A stretch of 64,000 bases of DNA from positions 12,276,001-12,340,000 of the forward strand of contig OZ059896.1 of assembly GCA_964057225.1 (NCBI GenBank). Reading direction: 5' to 3'. The DNA is from Auanema rhodensis. Taxonomy: Eukaryota; Animalia; Nematoda. The notes beneath the pieces are model-generated. The model was given only the letters and a program-made list of their open reading frames with translations. It did no database searches and was not told the origin of the DNA. The stretch's first letter is position 1; each line of letters opens with the position of its first letter. Below are positions 22,701 through 37,700 of the stretch, piece after piece. A program made the position numbers and the translations under genes.

Positions 22701-25700
22701 ACTTCATTTTTTAAATTTTTGATCATTAAAAAACATTTAAATTTCAATATTGTGATGCTCAAAAACTGAAACAGTTGAATATTTTGTAATTTCTAAACCA
22801 TTTTACTCCATCGCTTTTATTTAATTCCATATTTTAAACAATTTTATATTTCTACCGCTATTTCATAATTTCATTTTTTAAATTTTTAATCATTAAAAAA
22901 CATTTAAATTTCAATATTGTGATGCTCAAAAACTGAAACATTTAAATATTTTGTATTTTCTAAACCATTTCACTCCATCTCTTTCATTTAATTCCATATT
23001 TTAAACAATTTTATATTTCTACCACGAATTCATAACTTCATTTTTTAAATTTTTGATCATTAAAAAACATTTAAATTTCAATGTTGTGATGCTCAAAAAC
23101 TGAAACAGTTGAATATTTTGTAATTTCTAAACCATTTTACTCCATCTCTTTCATTTAATTCCATATTTTAAACAATTTTATATTTCTACCACGAATTCAT
23201 AACTTCATTTTTTAAATTTTTAATCATTAAAAAACATTTAAATTTCAATATTGTGATGCTCAAAAACTGAAACATTTAAATATTTTGTATTTTCTAAACC
23301 ATTTCACTCCATCTCTTTCATTTAATTCCATATTTTAAACAATTTTATATTTCTACCACGAATTCATAACTTCATTTTTTAAATTTTTGATCATTAAAAA
23401 ACATTTAAATTTCAATATTGTGATGCTCAAAAACTGAAACAGTTGAATATTTTGTAATTTCTAAACCATTTTACTCCATCGCTTTTATTTAATCTCATAT
23501 TTTAAACAATTTTATATTTCTACCGCTATTTCATAATTTCATTTTTTAAATTTTTAATCATTAAAAAACATTTAAATTTCAATATTGTGATGCTCAAAAA
23601 CTGAAACAGTTGAATATTTTGTATTTTCTAAACCATTTTACTTCATATCTTTCATTTAATTCCATATTTTAAACAATTTTATATTTCTACCACGAATTCA
23701 TAACTTCATTTTTTAAATTTTTAATCATTAAAAAACATTTAAATTTCAATATTGTGATGCTCAAAAACTGAAACAGTTGAATATTTTGTATTTTCTAAAC
23801 CATTTTACTCCATCTATTTTATTTAATCCCACATTTTAATTAATTTTATATTTCTACCGCTGTTTCATAAATTCATTTTTTAAATTTTTAATCATTAAAA
23901 AACATATAAATTTCAATATTGTGATGCTCAAAAACTGAAACATTTAAATATTTTGTATTTTCTAAACCATTTCACTCCATCTCTTTCATTTAATTCCATA
24001 TTTTAAACAATTTTATATTTCTACCACGAATTCATAACTTCATTTTTTAAATTTTTAATCATTAAAAAACATTTAAATTTCAATATTGTGATGCTCAAAA
24101 ACTGAAACAGTTGAATATTTTGTAATTTCTAAACCATTTTACTCCATCTCTTTCATTTAATTCCATATTTTAAACAATTTTATATTTCTACCGCTGTTTC
24201 ATAAATTCATTTTTTAAATTTTTAATCATTAAAAAACATATAAATTTCAATATTGTGATGCTCAAAAACTGAAACATTTAAATATTTTGTATTTTCTAAA
24301 CCATTTCACTCCATCTCTTTCATTTAATTCCATATTTTAAACAATTTTATATTTCTACCACGAATTCATAACTTCATTTTTTAAATTTTTGATCATTAAA
24401 AAACATTTAAATTTCAATATTGTGATGCTCAAAAACTGAAACATTTAAATATTTTGTATTTTCTAAACCATTTCACTCCATCTCTTTCATTTAATTCCAT
24501 ATTTTAAACAATTTTATATTTCTACCACGAATTCATAACTTCATTTTTTAAATTTTTGATCATTAAAAAACATTTAAATTTCAATGTTGTGATGCTCAAA
24601 AACTGAAACAGTTGAATATTTTGTAATTTCTAAACCATTTTACTCCATCTCTTTCATTTAATTCCATATTTTAAACAATTTTATATTTCTACCACGAATT
24701 CATAACTTCATTTTTTAAATTTTTAATCATTAAAAAACATTTAAATTTCAATATTGTGATGCTCAAAAACTGAAACATTTAAATATTTTGTATTTTCTAA
24801 ACCATTTTACTCCATCGCTTTTATTTAATCCCATATTTTAAACAATTTTATATTTCTACCACGAATTCATAACTTCATTTTTTAAATTTTTGATCATTAA
24901 AAAACATTTAAATTTCAATATTGTGATGCTCAAAAACTGAAACAGTTGAATATTTTGTATTTTCTAAACCATTTTACTCCATCGCTTTTATATTTCTACC
25001 GCTATTTCATAAATTCATTTTTTAAATTTTTAATCATTAAAAAACATATAAATTTCAATATTGTGATGCTCAAAAACTGAAACATTTAAATATTTTGTAT
25101 TTTCTAAACCATTTCACTCCATCGCTTTTATTTAATCTCATATTTTAAACAATTTTATATTTCTACCGCTATTTCATAATTTCATTTTTTAAATTTTTAA
25201 TCATTAAAAAACATTTAAATTTCAATATTGTGATGCTCAAAAACTGAAACAGTTGAATATTTTGTATTTTCTAAACCATTTTACTTCATATCTTTCATTT
25301 AATTCCATATTTTAAACAATTTTATATTTCTACCACGAATTCATAACTTCATTTTTTAAATTTTTGATCATTAAAAAACATTTAAATTTCAATATTGTGA
25401 TGCTCAAAAACTGAAACAGTTGAATATTTTGTAATTTCTAAACCATTTTACTCCATCGCTTTTATTTAATCTCATATTTTAAACAATTTTATATTTCTAC
25501 CGCTATTTCATAATTTCATTTTTTAAATTTTTAATCATTAAAAAACATTTAAATTTCAATATTGTGATGCTCAAAAACTGAAACAGTTGAATATTTTGTA
25601 TTTTCTAAACCATTTTACTTCATATCTTTCATTTAATTCCATATTTTAAACAATTTTATATTTCTACCACGAATTCATAACTTCATTTTTTAAATTTTTA

Positions 25701-28700
25701 ATCATTAAAAAACATTTAAATTTCAATATTGTGATGCTCAAAAACTGAAACAGTTGAATATTTTGTATTTTCTAAACCATTTTACTCCATCTATTTTATT
25801 TAATCCCACATTTTAATTAATTTTATATTTCTACCGCTGTTTCATAAATTCATTTTTTAAATTTTTAATCATTAAAAAACATATAAATTTCAATATTGTG
25901 ATGCTCAAAAACTGAAACATTTAAATATTTTGTATTTTCTAAACCATTTCACTCCATCTCTTTCATTTAATTCCATATTTTAAACAATTTTATATTTCTA
26001 CCACGAATTCATAACTTCATTTTTTAAATTTTTAATCATTAAAAAACATTTAAATTTCAATATTGTGATGCTCAAAAACTGAAACAGTTGAATATTTTGT
26101 AATTTCTAAACCATTTTACTCCATCTCTTTCATTTAATTCCATATTTTAAACAATTTTATATTTCTACCGCTGTTTCATAAATTCATTTTTTAAATTTTT
26201 AATCATTAAAAAACATATAAATTTCAATATTGTGATGCTCAAAAACTGAAACATTTAAATATTTTGTATTTTCTAAACCATTTCACTCCATCTCTTTCAT
26301 TTAATTCCATATTTTAAACAATTTTATATTTCTACCACGAATTCATAACTTCATTTTTTAAATTTTTGATCATTAAAAAACATTTAAATTTCAATATTGT
26401 GATGCTCAAAAACTGAAACATTTAAATATTTTGTATTTTCTAAACCATTTCACTCCATCTCTTTCATTTAATTCCATATTTTAAACAATTTTATATTTCT
26501 ACCACGAATTCATAACTTCATTTTTTAAATTTTTGATCATTAAAAAACATTTAAATTTCAATGTTGTGATGCTCAAAAACTGAAACAGTTGAATATTTTG
26601 TAATTTCTAAACCATTTTACTCCATCTCTTTCATTTAATTCCATATTTTAAACAATTTTATATTTCTACCACGAATTCATAACTTCATTTTTTAAATTTT
26701 TAATCATTAAAAAACATTTAAATTTCAATATTGTGATGCTCAAAAACTGAAACATTTAAATATTTTGTATTTTCTAAACCATTTTACTCCATCGCTTTTA
26801 TTTAATCCCATATTTTAAACAATTTTATATTTCTACCACGAATTCATAACTTCATTTTTTAAATTTTTGATCATTAAAAAACATTTAAATTTCAATATTG
26901 TGATGCTCAAAAACTGAAACAGTTGAATATTTTGTATTTTCTAAACCATTTTACTCCATCGCTTTTATATTTCTACCGCTATTTCATAAATTCATTTTTT
27001 AAATTTTTAATCATTAAAAAACATATAAATTTCAATATTGTGATGCTCAAAAACTGAAACATTTAAATATTTTGTATTTTCTAAACCATTTCACTCCATC
27101 GCTTTTATTTAATCTCATATTTTAAACAATTTTATATTTCTACCGCTATTTCATAATTTCATTTTTTAAATTTTTAATCATTAAAAAACATTTAAATTTC
27201 AATATTGTGATGCTCAAAAACTGAAACAGTTGAATATTTTGTATTTTCTAAACCATTTTACTTCATATCTTTCATTTAATTCCATATTTTAAACAATTTT
27301 ATATTTCTACCACGAATTCATAACTTCATTTTTTAAATTTTTAATCATTAAAAAACATTTAAATTTCAATATTGTGATGCTCAAAAACTGAAACAGTTGA
27401 ATATTTTGTATTTTCTAAACCATTTTACTCCATCTATTTTATTTAATCCCACATTTTAATTAATTTTATATTTCTACCGCTGTTTCATAAATTCATTTTT
27501 TAAATTTTTAATCATTAAAAAACATATAAATTTCAATATTGTGATGCTCAAAAACTGAAACATTTAAATATTTTGTATTTTCTAAACCATTTCACTCCAT
27601 CTCTTTCATTTAATTCCATATTTTAAACAATTTTATATTTCTACCACGAATTCATAACTTCATTTTTTAAATTTTTAATCATTAAAAAACATTTAAATTT
27701 CAATATTGTGATGCTCAAAAACTGAAACAGTTGAATATTTTGTAATTTCTAAACCATTTTACTCCATCTCTTTCATTTAATTCCATATTTTAAACAATTT
27801 TATATTTCTACCGCTGTTTCATAAATTCATTTTTTAAATTTTTAATCATTAAAAAACATATAAATTTCAATATTGTGATGCTCAAAAACTGAAACATTTA
27901 AATATTTTGTATTTTCTAAACCATTTCACTCCATCTCTTTCATTTAATTCCATATTTTAAACAATTTTATATTTCTACCACGAATTCATAACTTCATTTT
28001 TTAAATTTTTGATCATTAAAAAACATTTAAATTTCAATATTGTGATGCTCAAAAACTGAAACAGTTAAATATTTTGTATTTTCTAAACCATTTCACTCCA
28101 TCTCTTTCATTTAATTCCATATTTTAAACAATTTTATATTTCTACCACGAATTCATAACTTCATTTTTTAAATTTTTGATCATTAAAAAACATTTAAATT
28201 TCAATATTGTGATGCTCAAAAACTGAAACAGTTAAATATTTTGTATTTTCTAAACCATTTCACTCCATCTCTTTCATTTAATTCCATATTATAAACAATT
28301 TTATATTTCTACCACGAATTCATAACTTCATTTTTTAAATTTTTAATCATTAAAAAACATTTAAATTTCAATATTGTGATGCTCAAAAACTGAAACAGTT
28401 GAATATTTTGTATTTTCTAAACCATTTTACTCCATCGCTTTTATATTTCTACCGCTATTTCATAAATTCATTTTTTAAATTTTTAATCATTAAAAAACAT
28501 ATAAATTTCAATATTGTGATGCTCAAAAACTGAAACATTTAAATATTTTGTATTTTCTAAACCATTTCACTCCATCTCTTTCATTTAATTCCATATTTTA
28601 AACAATTTTATATTTCTACCACGAATTCATAACTTCATTTTTTAAATTTTTGATCATTAAAAAACATTTAAATTTCAATATTGTGATGCTCAAAAACTGA

Positions 28701-31700
28701 AACAGTTAAATATTTTGTATTTTCTAAACCATTTCACTCCATCTCTTTCATTTAATTCCATATTATAAACAATTTTATATTTCTACCACGAATTCATAAC
28801 TTCATTTTTTAAATTTTTAATCATTAAAAAACATTTAAATTTCAATATTGTGATGCTCAAAAACTGAAACATTTAAATATTTTGTATTTTCTAAACCATT
28901 TTACTCCATCGCTTTTATTTAATCCCCTATTTTAAACAATTTTATATTTCTACGACGAATTCATAACTTCATTTTTTAAATTTTTGATCATTAAAAAACA
29001 TTTAAATTTCAATATTGTGATGCTCAAAAACTGAAACAGTTGAATATTTTGTATTTTCTAAACCATTTTACTCCATCGCTTTTATATTTCTACCGCTATT
29101 TCATAAATTCATTTTTTAAATTTTTAATCATTAAAAAACATATAAATTTCAATATTGTGATGCTCAAAAACTGAAACATTTAAATATTTTGTATTTTCTA
29201 AACCATTTCACTCCATCTCTTTCATTTAATTCCATATTTTAAACAATTTTATATTTCTACCACAAATTCATAAATTCATTTTTTAAATTTTTAATCATTA
29301 AAAAACATATAAATTTCAATATTGTGATGCTCAAAAACTGAAACATTTAAATATTTTGTATTTTCTAAACCATTTCACTCCATCTCTTTCATTTAATTCC
29401 ATATTTTAAACAATTTTATATTTCTACCACGAATTCATAACTTCATTTTTTAAATTTTTGATCATTAAAAAACATTTAAATTTCAATATTGTGATGCTCA
29501 AAAACTGAAACAGTTGAATATTTTGTAATTTCTAAACCATTTTACTCCATCGCTTTTATTTAATTCCATATTTTAAACAATTTTATATTTCTACCGCTAT
29601 TTCATAATTTCATTTTTTAAATTTTTAATCATTAAAAAACATTTAAATTTCAATATTGTGATGCTCAAAAACTGAAACATTTAAATATTTTGTATTTTCT
29701 AAACCATTTCACTCCATCTCTTTCATTTAATTCCATATTTTAAACAATTTTATATTTCTACCACGAATTCATAACTTCATTTTTTAAATTTTTGATCATT
29801 AAAAAACATTTAAATTTCAATGTTGTGATGCTCAAAAACTGAAACAGTTGAATATTTTGTAATTTCTAAACCATTTTACTCCATCTTTTTCATTTAATTT
29901 CATATTTTAAACAATTTTATATTTCTACCACGAATTCATAACTTTATTTTTTAAATTTTTAATCATTAAAAAACATTTAAATTTCAATATTGTGATGCTC
30001 AAAAACTGAAACATTTAAATAATTTGTATTTTCTAAACCATTTCACTCCATCTCTTTCATTTAATTCCATATTTTAAACAATTTTATATTTCTACCACGA
30101 ATTCATAACTTCATTTTTTAAATTTTTGATCATTAAAAAACATTTAAATTTCAATATTGTGATGCTCAAAAACTGAAACAGTTGAATATTTTGTAATTTC
30201 TAAACCATTTTACTCCATCGCTTTTATTTAATCCCATATTTTAAACAATTTTATATTTCTACCGCTATTTCATAATTTCATTTTTTAAATTTTTAATCAT
30301 TAAAAAACATTTAAATTTCAATATTGTGATGCTCAAAAACTGAAACAGTTGAATATTTTGTAATTTCTAAACCATTTTACTCCATCGCTTTTATTTAATT
30401 CCATATTTTAAACAATTTTATATTTCTACCGCTATTTCATAATTTCATTTTTTAAATTTTTAATCATTAAAAAACATTTAAATTTCAATATTGTGATGCT
30501 CAAAAACTGAAACATTTAAATATTTTGTATTTTCTAAACCATTTCACTCCATCTCTTTCATTTAATTCCATATTTTAAACAATTTTATATTTCTACCACG
30601 AATTCATAACTTCATTTTTTAAATTTTTGATCATTAAAAAACATTTAAATTTCAATGTTGTGATGCTCAAAAACTGAAACAGTTGAATATTTTGTAATTT
30701 CTAAACCATTTTACTCCATCGCTTTTATTTAATCTCATATTTTGAACAATTTTATATTTCTACCGCTATTTCATAATTTCATTTTTTAAATTTTTAATCA
30801 TTAAAAAACATTTAAATTTCAATATTGTGATGCTCAAAAACTGAAACAGTTGAATATTTTGTATTTTCTAAACCATTTTACTTCATATCTTTCATTTAAT
30901 TCCATATTTTAAACAATTTTATATTTCTACCACGAATTCATAACTTCATTTTTTAAATTTTTAATCATTAAAAAACATTTAAATTTCAATATTGTGATGC
31001 TCAAAAACTGAAACAGTTGAATATTTTGTATTTTCTAAACCATTTTACTCCATCTATTTTATTTAATCCCACATTTTAAACAATTTTATATTTCTACCGC
31101 TGTTTCATAAATTCATTTTTTAAATTTTTAATCATTAAAAAACATATAAATTTCAATATTGTGATGCTCAAAAACTGAAACATTTAAATATTTTGTATTT
31201 TCTAAACCATTTCACTCCATCTCTTTCATTTAATTCCATATTTTAAACAATTTTATATTTCTACCACGAATTCATAACTTCATTTTTTAAATTTTTAATC
31301 ATTAAAAAACATTTAAATTTCAATATTGTGATGCTCAAAAACTGAAACAGTTGAATATTTTGTAATTTCTAAACCATTTTACTCCATCTCTTTCATTTAA
31401 TTCCATATTTTAAACAATTTTATATTTCTACCGCTGTTTCATAAATTCATTTTTTAAATTTTTAATCATTAAAAAACATATAAATTTCAATATTGTGATG
31501 CTCAAAAACTGAAACATTTAAATATTTTGTATTTTCTAAACCATTTCACTCCATCTCTTTCATTTAATTCCATATTTTAAACAATTTTATATTTCTACCA
31601 CGAATTCATAACTTCATTTTTTAAATTTTTGATCATTAAAAAACATTTAAATTTCAATATTGTGATGCTCAAAAACTGAAACAGTTAAATATTTTGTATT

Positions 31701-34700
31701 TTCTAAACCATTTCACTCCATCTCTTTCATTTAATTCCATATTATAAACAATTTTATATTTCTACCACGAATTCATAACTTCATTTTTTAAATTTTTAAT
31801 CATTAAAAAACATTTAAATTTCAATATTGTGATGCTCAAAAACTGAAACATTTAAATATTTTGTATTTTCTAAACCATTTTACTCCATCGCTTTTATTTA
31901 ATCCCATATTTTAAATAATTTTATATTTCTACCACGAATTCATAACTTCATTTTTTAAATTTTTGATCATTAAAAAACATTTAAATTTCAATATTGTGAT
32001 GCTCAAAAACTGAAACAGTTGAATATTTTGTATTTTCTAAACCATTTTACTCCATCGCTTTTATATTTCTACCGCTATTTCATAAATTCATTTTTTAAAT
32101 TTTTAATCATTAAAAAACATATAAATTTCAATATTGTGATGCTCAAAAACTGAAACATTTAAATATTTTGTATTTTCTAAACCATTTCACTCCATTTCTT
32201 TCATTTAATTCCATATTTTAAACAATTTTATATTTCTACCACGAATTCATAACTTCATTTTTTAAATTTTTAATCATTAAAAAACATATAAATTTCAATA
32301 TTGTGATGCTCAAAAACTGAAACATTTAAATATTTTGTATTTTCTAAACCATTTCACTCCATCTCTTTTATTTAATTCCATATTTTAAACAATTTTATAT
32401 TACTACCACGAATTCATAACTTCATTTTTTAAATTTTTAATCATTAAAAAACATTTAAATTTCAATATTGTGATGATCAAAAACTAAAACAGTTGAATAT
32501 TTTGTAATTTCTAAACCATTTTACTCCATCGCTTTTATTTAATCCCATATTTTAAACAATTTTATATTTCTACCGCTATTACATAATTTCATTTTTTAAA
32601 TTTTTAATCATTAAAAAACATTTAAATTTCAATATTGTGATGCTCAAAAACTGAAACAGTTGAATATTTTGTATTTTCTAAACCATTTTACTTCATATCT
32701 TTCATTTAATTCCATATTTTATACAATTTTTTATTTCTACCACGAATTCATAACTTCATTTTTTAAATTTTTAATCATTAAAAAACATTTAAATTTCAAT
32801 ATTGTGATGCTCAAAAACTGAAACAGTTGAATATTTTGTATTTTCTAAACCATTTTACTCCATCTATTTTATTAAATCCCACATTTTAAACAATTTTATA
32901 TTACTACCACGAATTCATAACTTCATTTTTTAAATTTTTAATCATTAAAAAACATTTAAATTTCAATATTGTGATGCTCAAAAACTGAAACAGTTGAATA
33001 TTTTGTATTTTCTAAACCATTTTACTCCATCTATTTTATTTAATCCCACATTTTAAACAATTTTATATTTCTACCGCTGTTTCATAAATTCATTTTTTAA
33101 ATTTTTAATCATTAAAAAACATATAAATTTCAATATTGTGATGCTCAAAAACTGAAACATTTAAATATTTTGTATTTTCTAAACCATTTCACTCCATCTC
33201 TTTCATTTAATTCCATATTTTAAACAATTTTATATTTCTACCACGAATTCATAACTTCATTTTTTAAATTTTTAATCATTAAAAAACATTTAAATTTCAA
33301 TATTGTGATGCTCAAAAACTGAAACAGTTGAATATTTTGTAATTTCTAAACCATTTTACTCCATCTCTTTCATTTAATTCCATATTTTAAACAATTTTAT
33401 ATTTCTACCGCTGTTTCATAAATTCATTTTTTAAATTTTTAATCATTAAAAAACATATAAATTTCAATATTGTGATGCTCAAAAACTGAAACATTTAAAT
33501 ATTTTGTATTTTCTAAACCATTTCACTCCATCTCTTTCATTTAATTCCATATTTTAAACAATTTTATATTTCTACCACGAATTCATAACTTCATTTTTTA
33601 AATTTTTGATCATTAAAAAACATTTAAATTTCAATATTGTGATGCTCAAAAACTGAAACAGTTAAATATTTTGTATTTTCTAAACCATTTCACTCCATCT
33701 CTTTCATTTAATTCCATATTATAAACAATTTTATATTTCTACCACGAATTCATAACTTCATTTTTTAAATTTTTAATCATTAAAAAACATTTAAATTTCA
33801 ATATTGTGATGCTCAAAAACTGAAACATTTAAATATTTTGTATTTTCTAAACCATTTTACTCCATCGCTTTTATTTAATCCCATATTTTAAATAATTTTA
33901 TATTTCTACCACGAATTCATAACTTCATTTTTTAAATTTTTGATCATTAAAAAACATTTAAATTTCAATATTGTGATGCTCAAAAACTGAAACAGTTGAA
34001 TATTTTGTATTTTCTAAACCATTTTACTCCATCGCTTTTATATTTCTACCGCTATTTCATAAATTCATTTTTTAAATTTTTAATCATTAAAAAACATATA
34101 AATTTCAATATTGTGATGCTCAAAAACTGAAACATTTAAATATTTTGTATTTTCTAAACCATTTCACTCCATCTCTTTCATTTAATTCCATATTTTAAAC
34201 AATTTTATATTTCTACCACGAATTCATAACTTCATTTTTTAAATTTTTGATCATTAAAAAACATTTAAATTTCAATATTGTGATGCTCAAAAACTGAAAC
34301 ATTTAAATATTTTGTATTTTCTAAACCATTTCACTCCATCTCTTTCATTTAATTCCATATTTTAAACAATTTTATATTTCTACCACGAATTCATAACTTC
34401 ATTTTTTAAATTTTTGATCATTAAAAAACATTTAAATTTCAATATTGTGATGCTCAAAAACTGAAACAGTTGAATATTTTGTAATTTCTAAACCATTTTA
34501 CTCCATCGCTTTTATTTAATCCCATATTTTAAACAATTTTATATTTCTACCGCTATTTCATAATTTCATTTTTTAAATTTTTAATCATTAAAAAACATTT
34601 AAATTTCAATATTGTGATGCTCAAAAACTGAAACAGTTGAATATTTTGTAATTTCTAAACCATTTTACTCCATCGCTTTTATTTAATTCCATATTTTAAA

Positions 34701-37700
34701 CAATTTTATATTTCTACCGCTATTTCATAATTTCATTTTTTAAATTTTTAATCATTAAAAAACATTTAAATTTCAATATTGTGATGCTCAAAAACTGAAA
34801 CATTTAAATATTTTGTATTTTCTAAACCATTTCACTCCATCTCTTTCATTTAATTCCATATTTTAAACAATTTTATATTTCTACCACGAATTCATAACTT
34901 CATTTTTTAAATTTTTGATCATTAAAAAACATTTAAATTTCAATGTTGTGATGCTCAAAAACTGAAACAGTTGAATATTTTGTAATTTCTAAACCATTTT
35001 ACTCCATCTCTTTCATTTAATTCCATATTTTAAACAATTTTATATTTCTACCACGAATTCATAACTTCATTTTTTAAATTTTTAATCATTAAAAAACATT
35101 TAAATTTCAATATTGTGATGCTCAAAAACTGAAACATTTAAATATTTTGTATTTTCTAAACCATTTCACTCCATCTCTTTCATTTAATTCCATATTTTAA
35201 ACAATTTTATATTTCTACCACGAATTCATAACTTCATTTTTTAAATTTTTGATCATTAAAAAACATTTAAATTTCAATATTGTGATGCTCAAAAACTGAA
35301 ACAGTTGAATATTTTGTAATTTCTAAACCATTTTACTCCATCGCTTTCATTTAATCCCATATTTTAAACAATTTTATATTTCTACCGCTATTTCATAATT
35401 TCATTTTTTAAATTTTTAATCATTAAAAAACATTTAAATTTCAATATTGTGATGCTCAAAAACTGAAACAGTTGAATATTTTGTAATTTCTAAACCATTT
35501 TACTCCATCGCTTTTATTTAATTCCATATTTTAAACAATTTTATATTTCTACCGCTATTTCATAATTTCATTTTTTAAATTTTTAATCATTAAAAAACAT
35601 TTAAATTTCAATATTGTGATGCTCAAAAACTGAAACATTTAAATATTTTGTATTTTCTAAACCATTTCACTCCATCTCTTTCATTTAATTCCATATTTTA
35701 AACAATTTTATATTTCTACCACGAATTCATAACTTCATTTTTTAAATTTTTGATCATTAAAAAACATTTAAATTTCAATGTTGTGATGCTCAAAAACTGA
35801 AACAGTTGAATATTTTGTAATTTCTAAACCATTTTACTCCATCTCTTTCATTTAATTCCATATTTTAAACAATTTTATATTTCTACCACGAATTCATAAC
35901 TTCATTTTTTAAATTTTTAATCATTAAAAAACATTTAAATTTCAATATTGTGATGCTCAAAAACTGAAACATTTAAATATTTTGTATTTTCTAAACCATT
36001 TCACTCCATCTCTTTCATTTAATTCCATATTTTAAACAATTTTATATTTCTACCACGAATTCATAACTTCATTTTTTAAATTTTTGATCATTAAAAAACA
36101 TTTAAATTTCAATATTGTGATGCTCAAAAACTGAAACAGTTGAATATTTTGTAATTTCTAAACCATTTTACTCCATCGCTTTTATTTAATCCCATATTTT
36201 AAACAATTTTATATTTCTACCGCTATTTCATAATTTCATTTTTTAAATTTTTAATCATTAAAAAACATTTAAATTTCAATATTGTGATGCTCAAAAACTG
36301 AAACAGTTGAATATTTTGTAATTTCTAAACCATTTTACTCCATCGCTTTTATTTAATTCCATATTTTAAACAATTTTATATTTCTACCGCTATTTCATAA
36401 TTTCACTTTTTAAATTTTTATTCATTAAAAAACATTTAAATTTCAATATTGTGATGCTTAAAAACTGGAACATTTAAATATTTTGTATTTTCTAAACCAT
36501 TTCACTCCATCTCTTTCATTTAATTCCATATTTTAAACAATTTTATATTTCTACCACGAATTCATAACTTCATTTTTTAAATTTTTGATCATTAAAAAAC
36601 ATTTAAATTTCAATGTTGTGATGCTCAAAAACTGAAACAGTTGAATATTTTGTAATTTCTAAACCATTTTACTCCATCGCTTTTATTTAATCTCATATTT
36701 TAAACAATTTTATATTTCTACCGCTATTTCATAATTTCATTTTTTAAATTTTTAATCATTAAAAAACATTTAAATTTCAATATTGTGATGCTCAAAAACT
36801 GAAACAGTTGAATATTTTGTATTTTCTAAACCATTTTACTTCATATCTTTCATTTAATTCCATATTTTAAACAATTTTATATTTCTACCACGAATTCATA
36901 ACTTCATTTTTTAAATTTTTAATCATTAAAAAACATTTAAATTTCAATATTGTGATGCTCAAAAACTGAAACAGTTGAATATTTTGTATTTTCTAAACCA
37001 TTTTACTCCATCTATTTTATTTAATCCCACATTTTAAACAATTTTATATTTCTACCGCTATTTCATAATTTCATTTTTTAAATTTTTAATCATTAAAAAA
37101 CATTTAAATTTCAATATTGTGATGCTCAAAAACTGAAACATTTAAATATTTTGTATTTTCTAAACCATTTCACTCCATCTCTTTCATTTAATTCCATATT
37201 TTAAACAATTTTATATTTCTACCACGAATTCATAACTTCATTTTTTAAATTTTTAATCATTAAAAAACATTTAAATTTCAATATTGTGATGCTCAAAAAC
37301 TGAAACAGTTGAATATTTTGTAATTTCTAAACCATTTCACTCCATCGCTTTTATATTTCTACCGCTATTTCATAAATTCATTTTTTAAATTTTTAATCAT
37401 TAAAAAACATATAAATTTCAATATTGTGATGCTCAAAAACTGAAACATTTAAATATTTTGTATTTTCTAAACCATTTCACTCCATCTCTTTCATTTAATT
37501 CCATATTTTAAACAATTTTATATTTCTACCACGAATTCATAACTTCATTTTTTAAATTTTTAATCATTAAAAAACATTTAAATTTCAATATTGTGATGCT
37601 CAAAAACTGAAACAGTTGAATATTTTGTAATTTCTAAACCATTTTACTCCATCGCTTTTATATTTCTACCGCTATTTCATAAATTCATTTTTTAAATTTT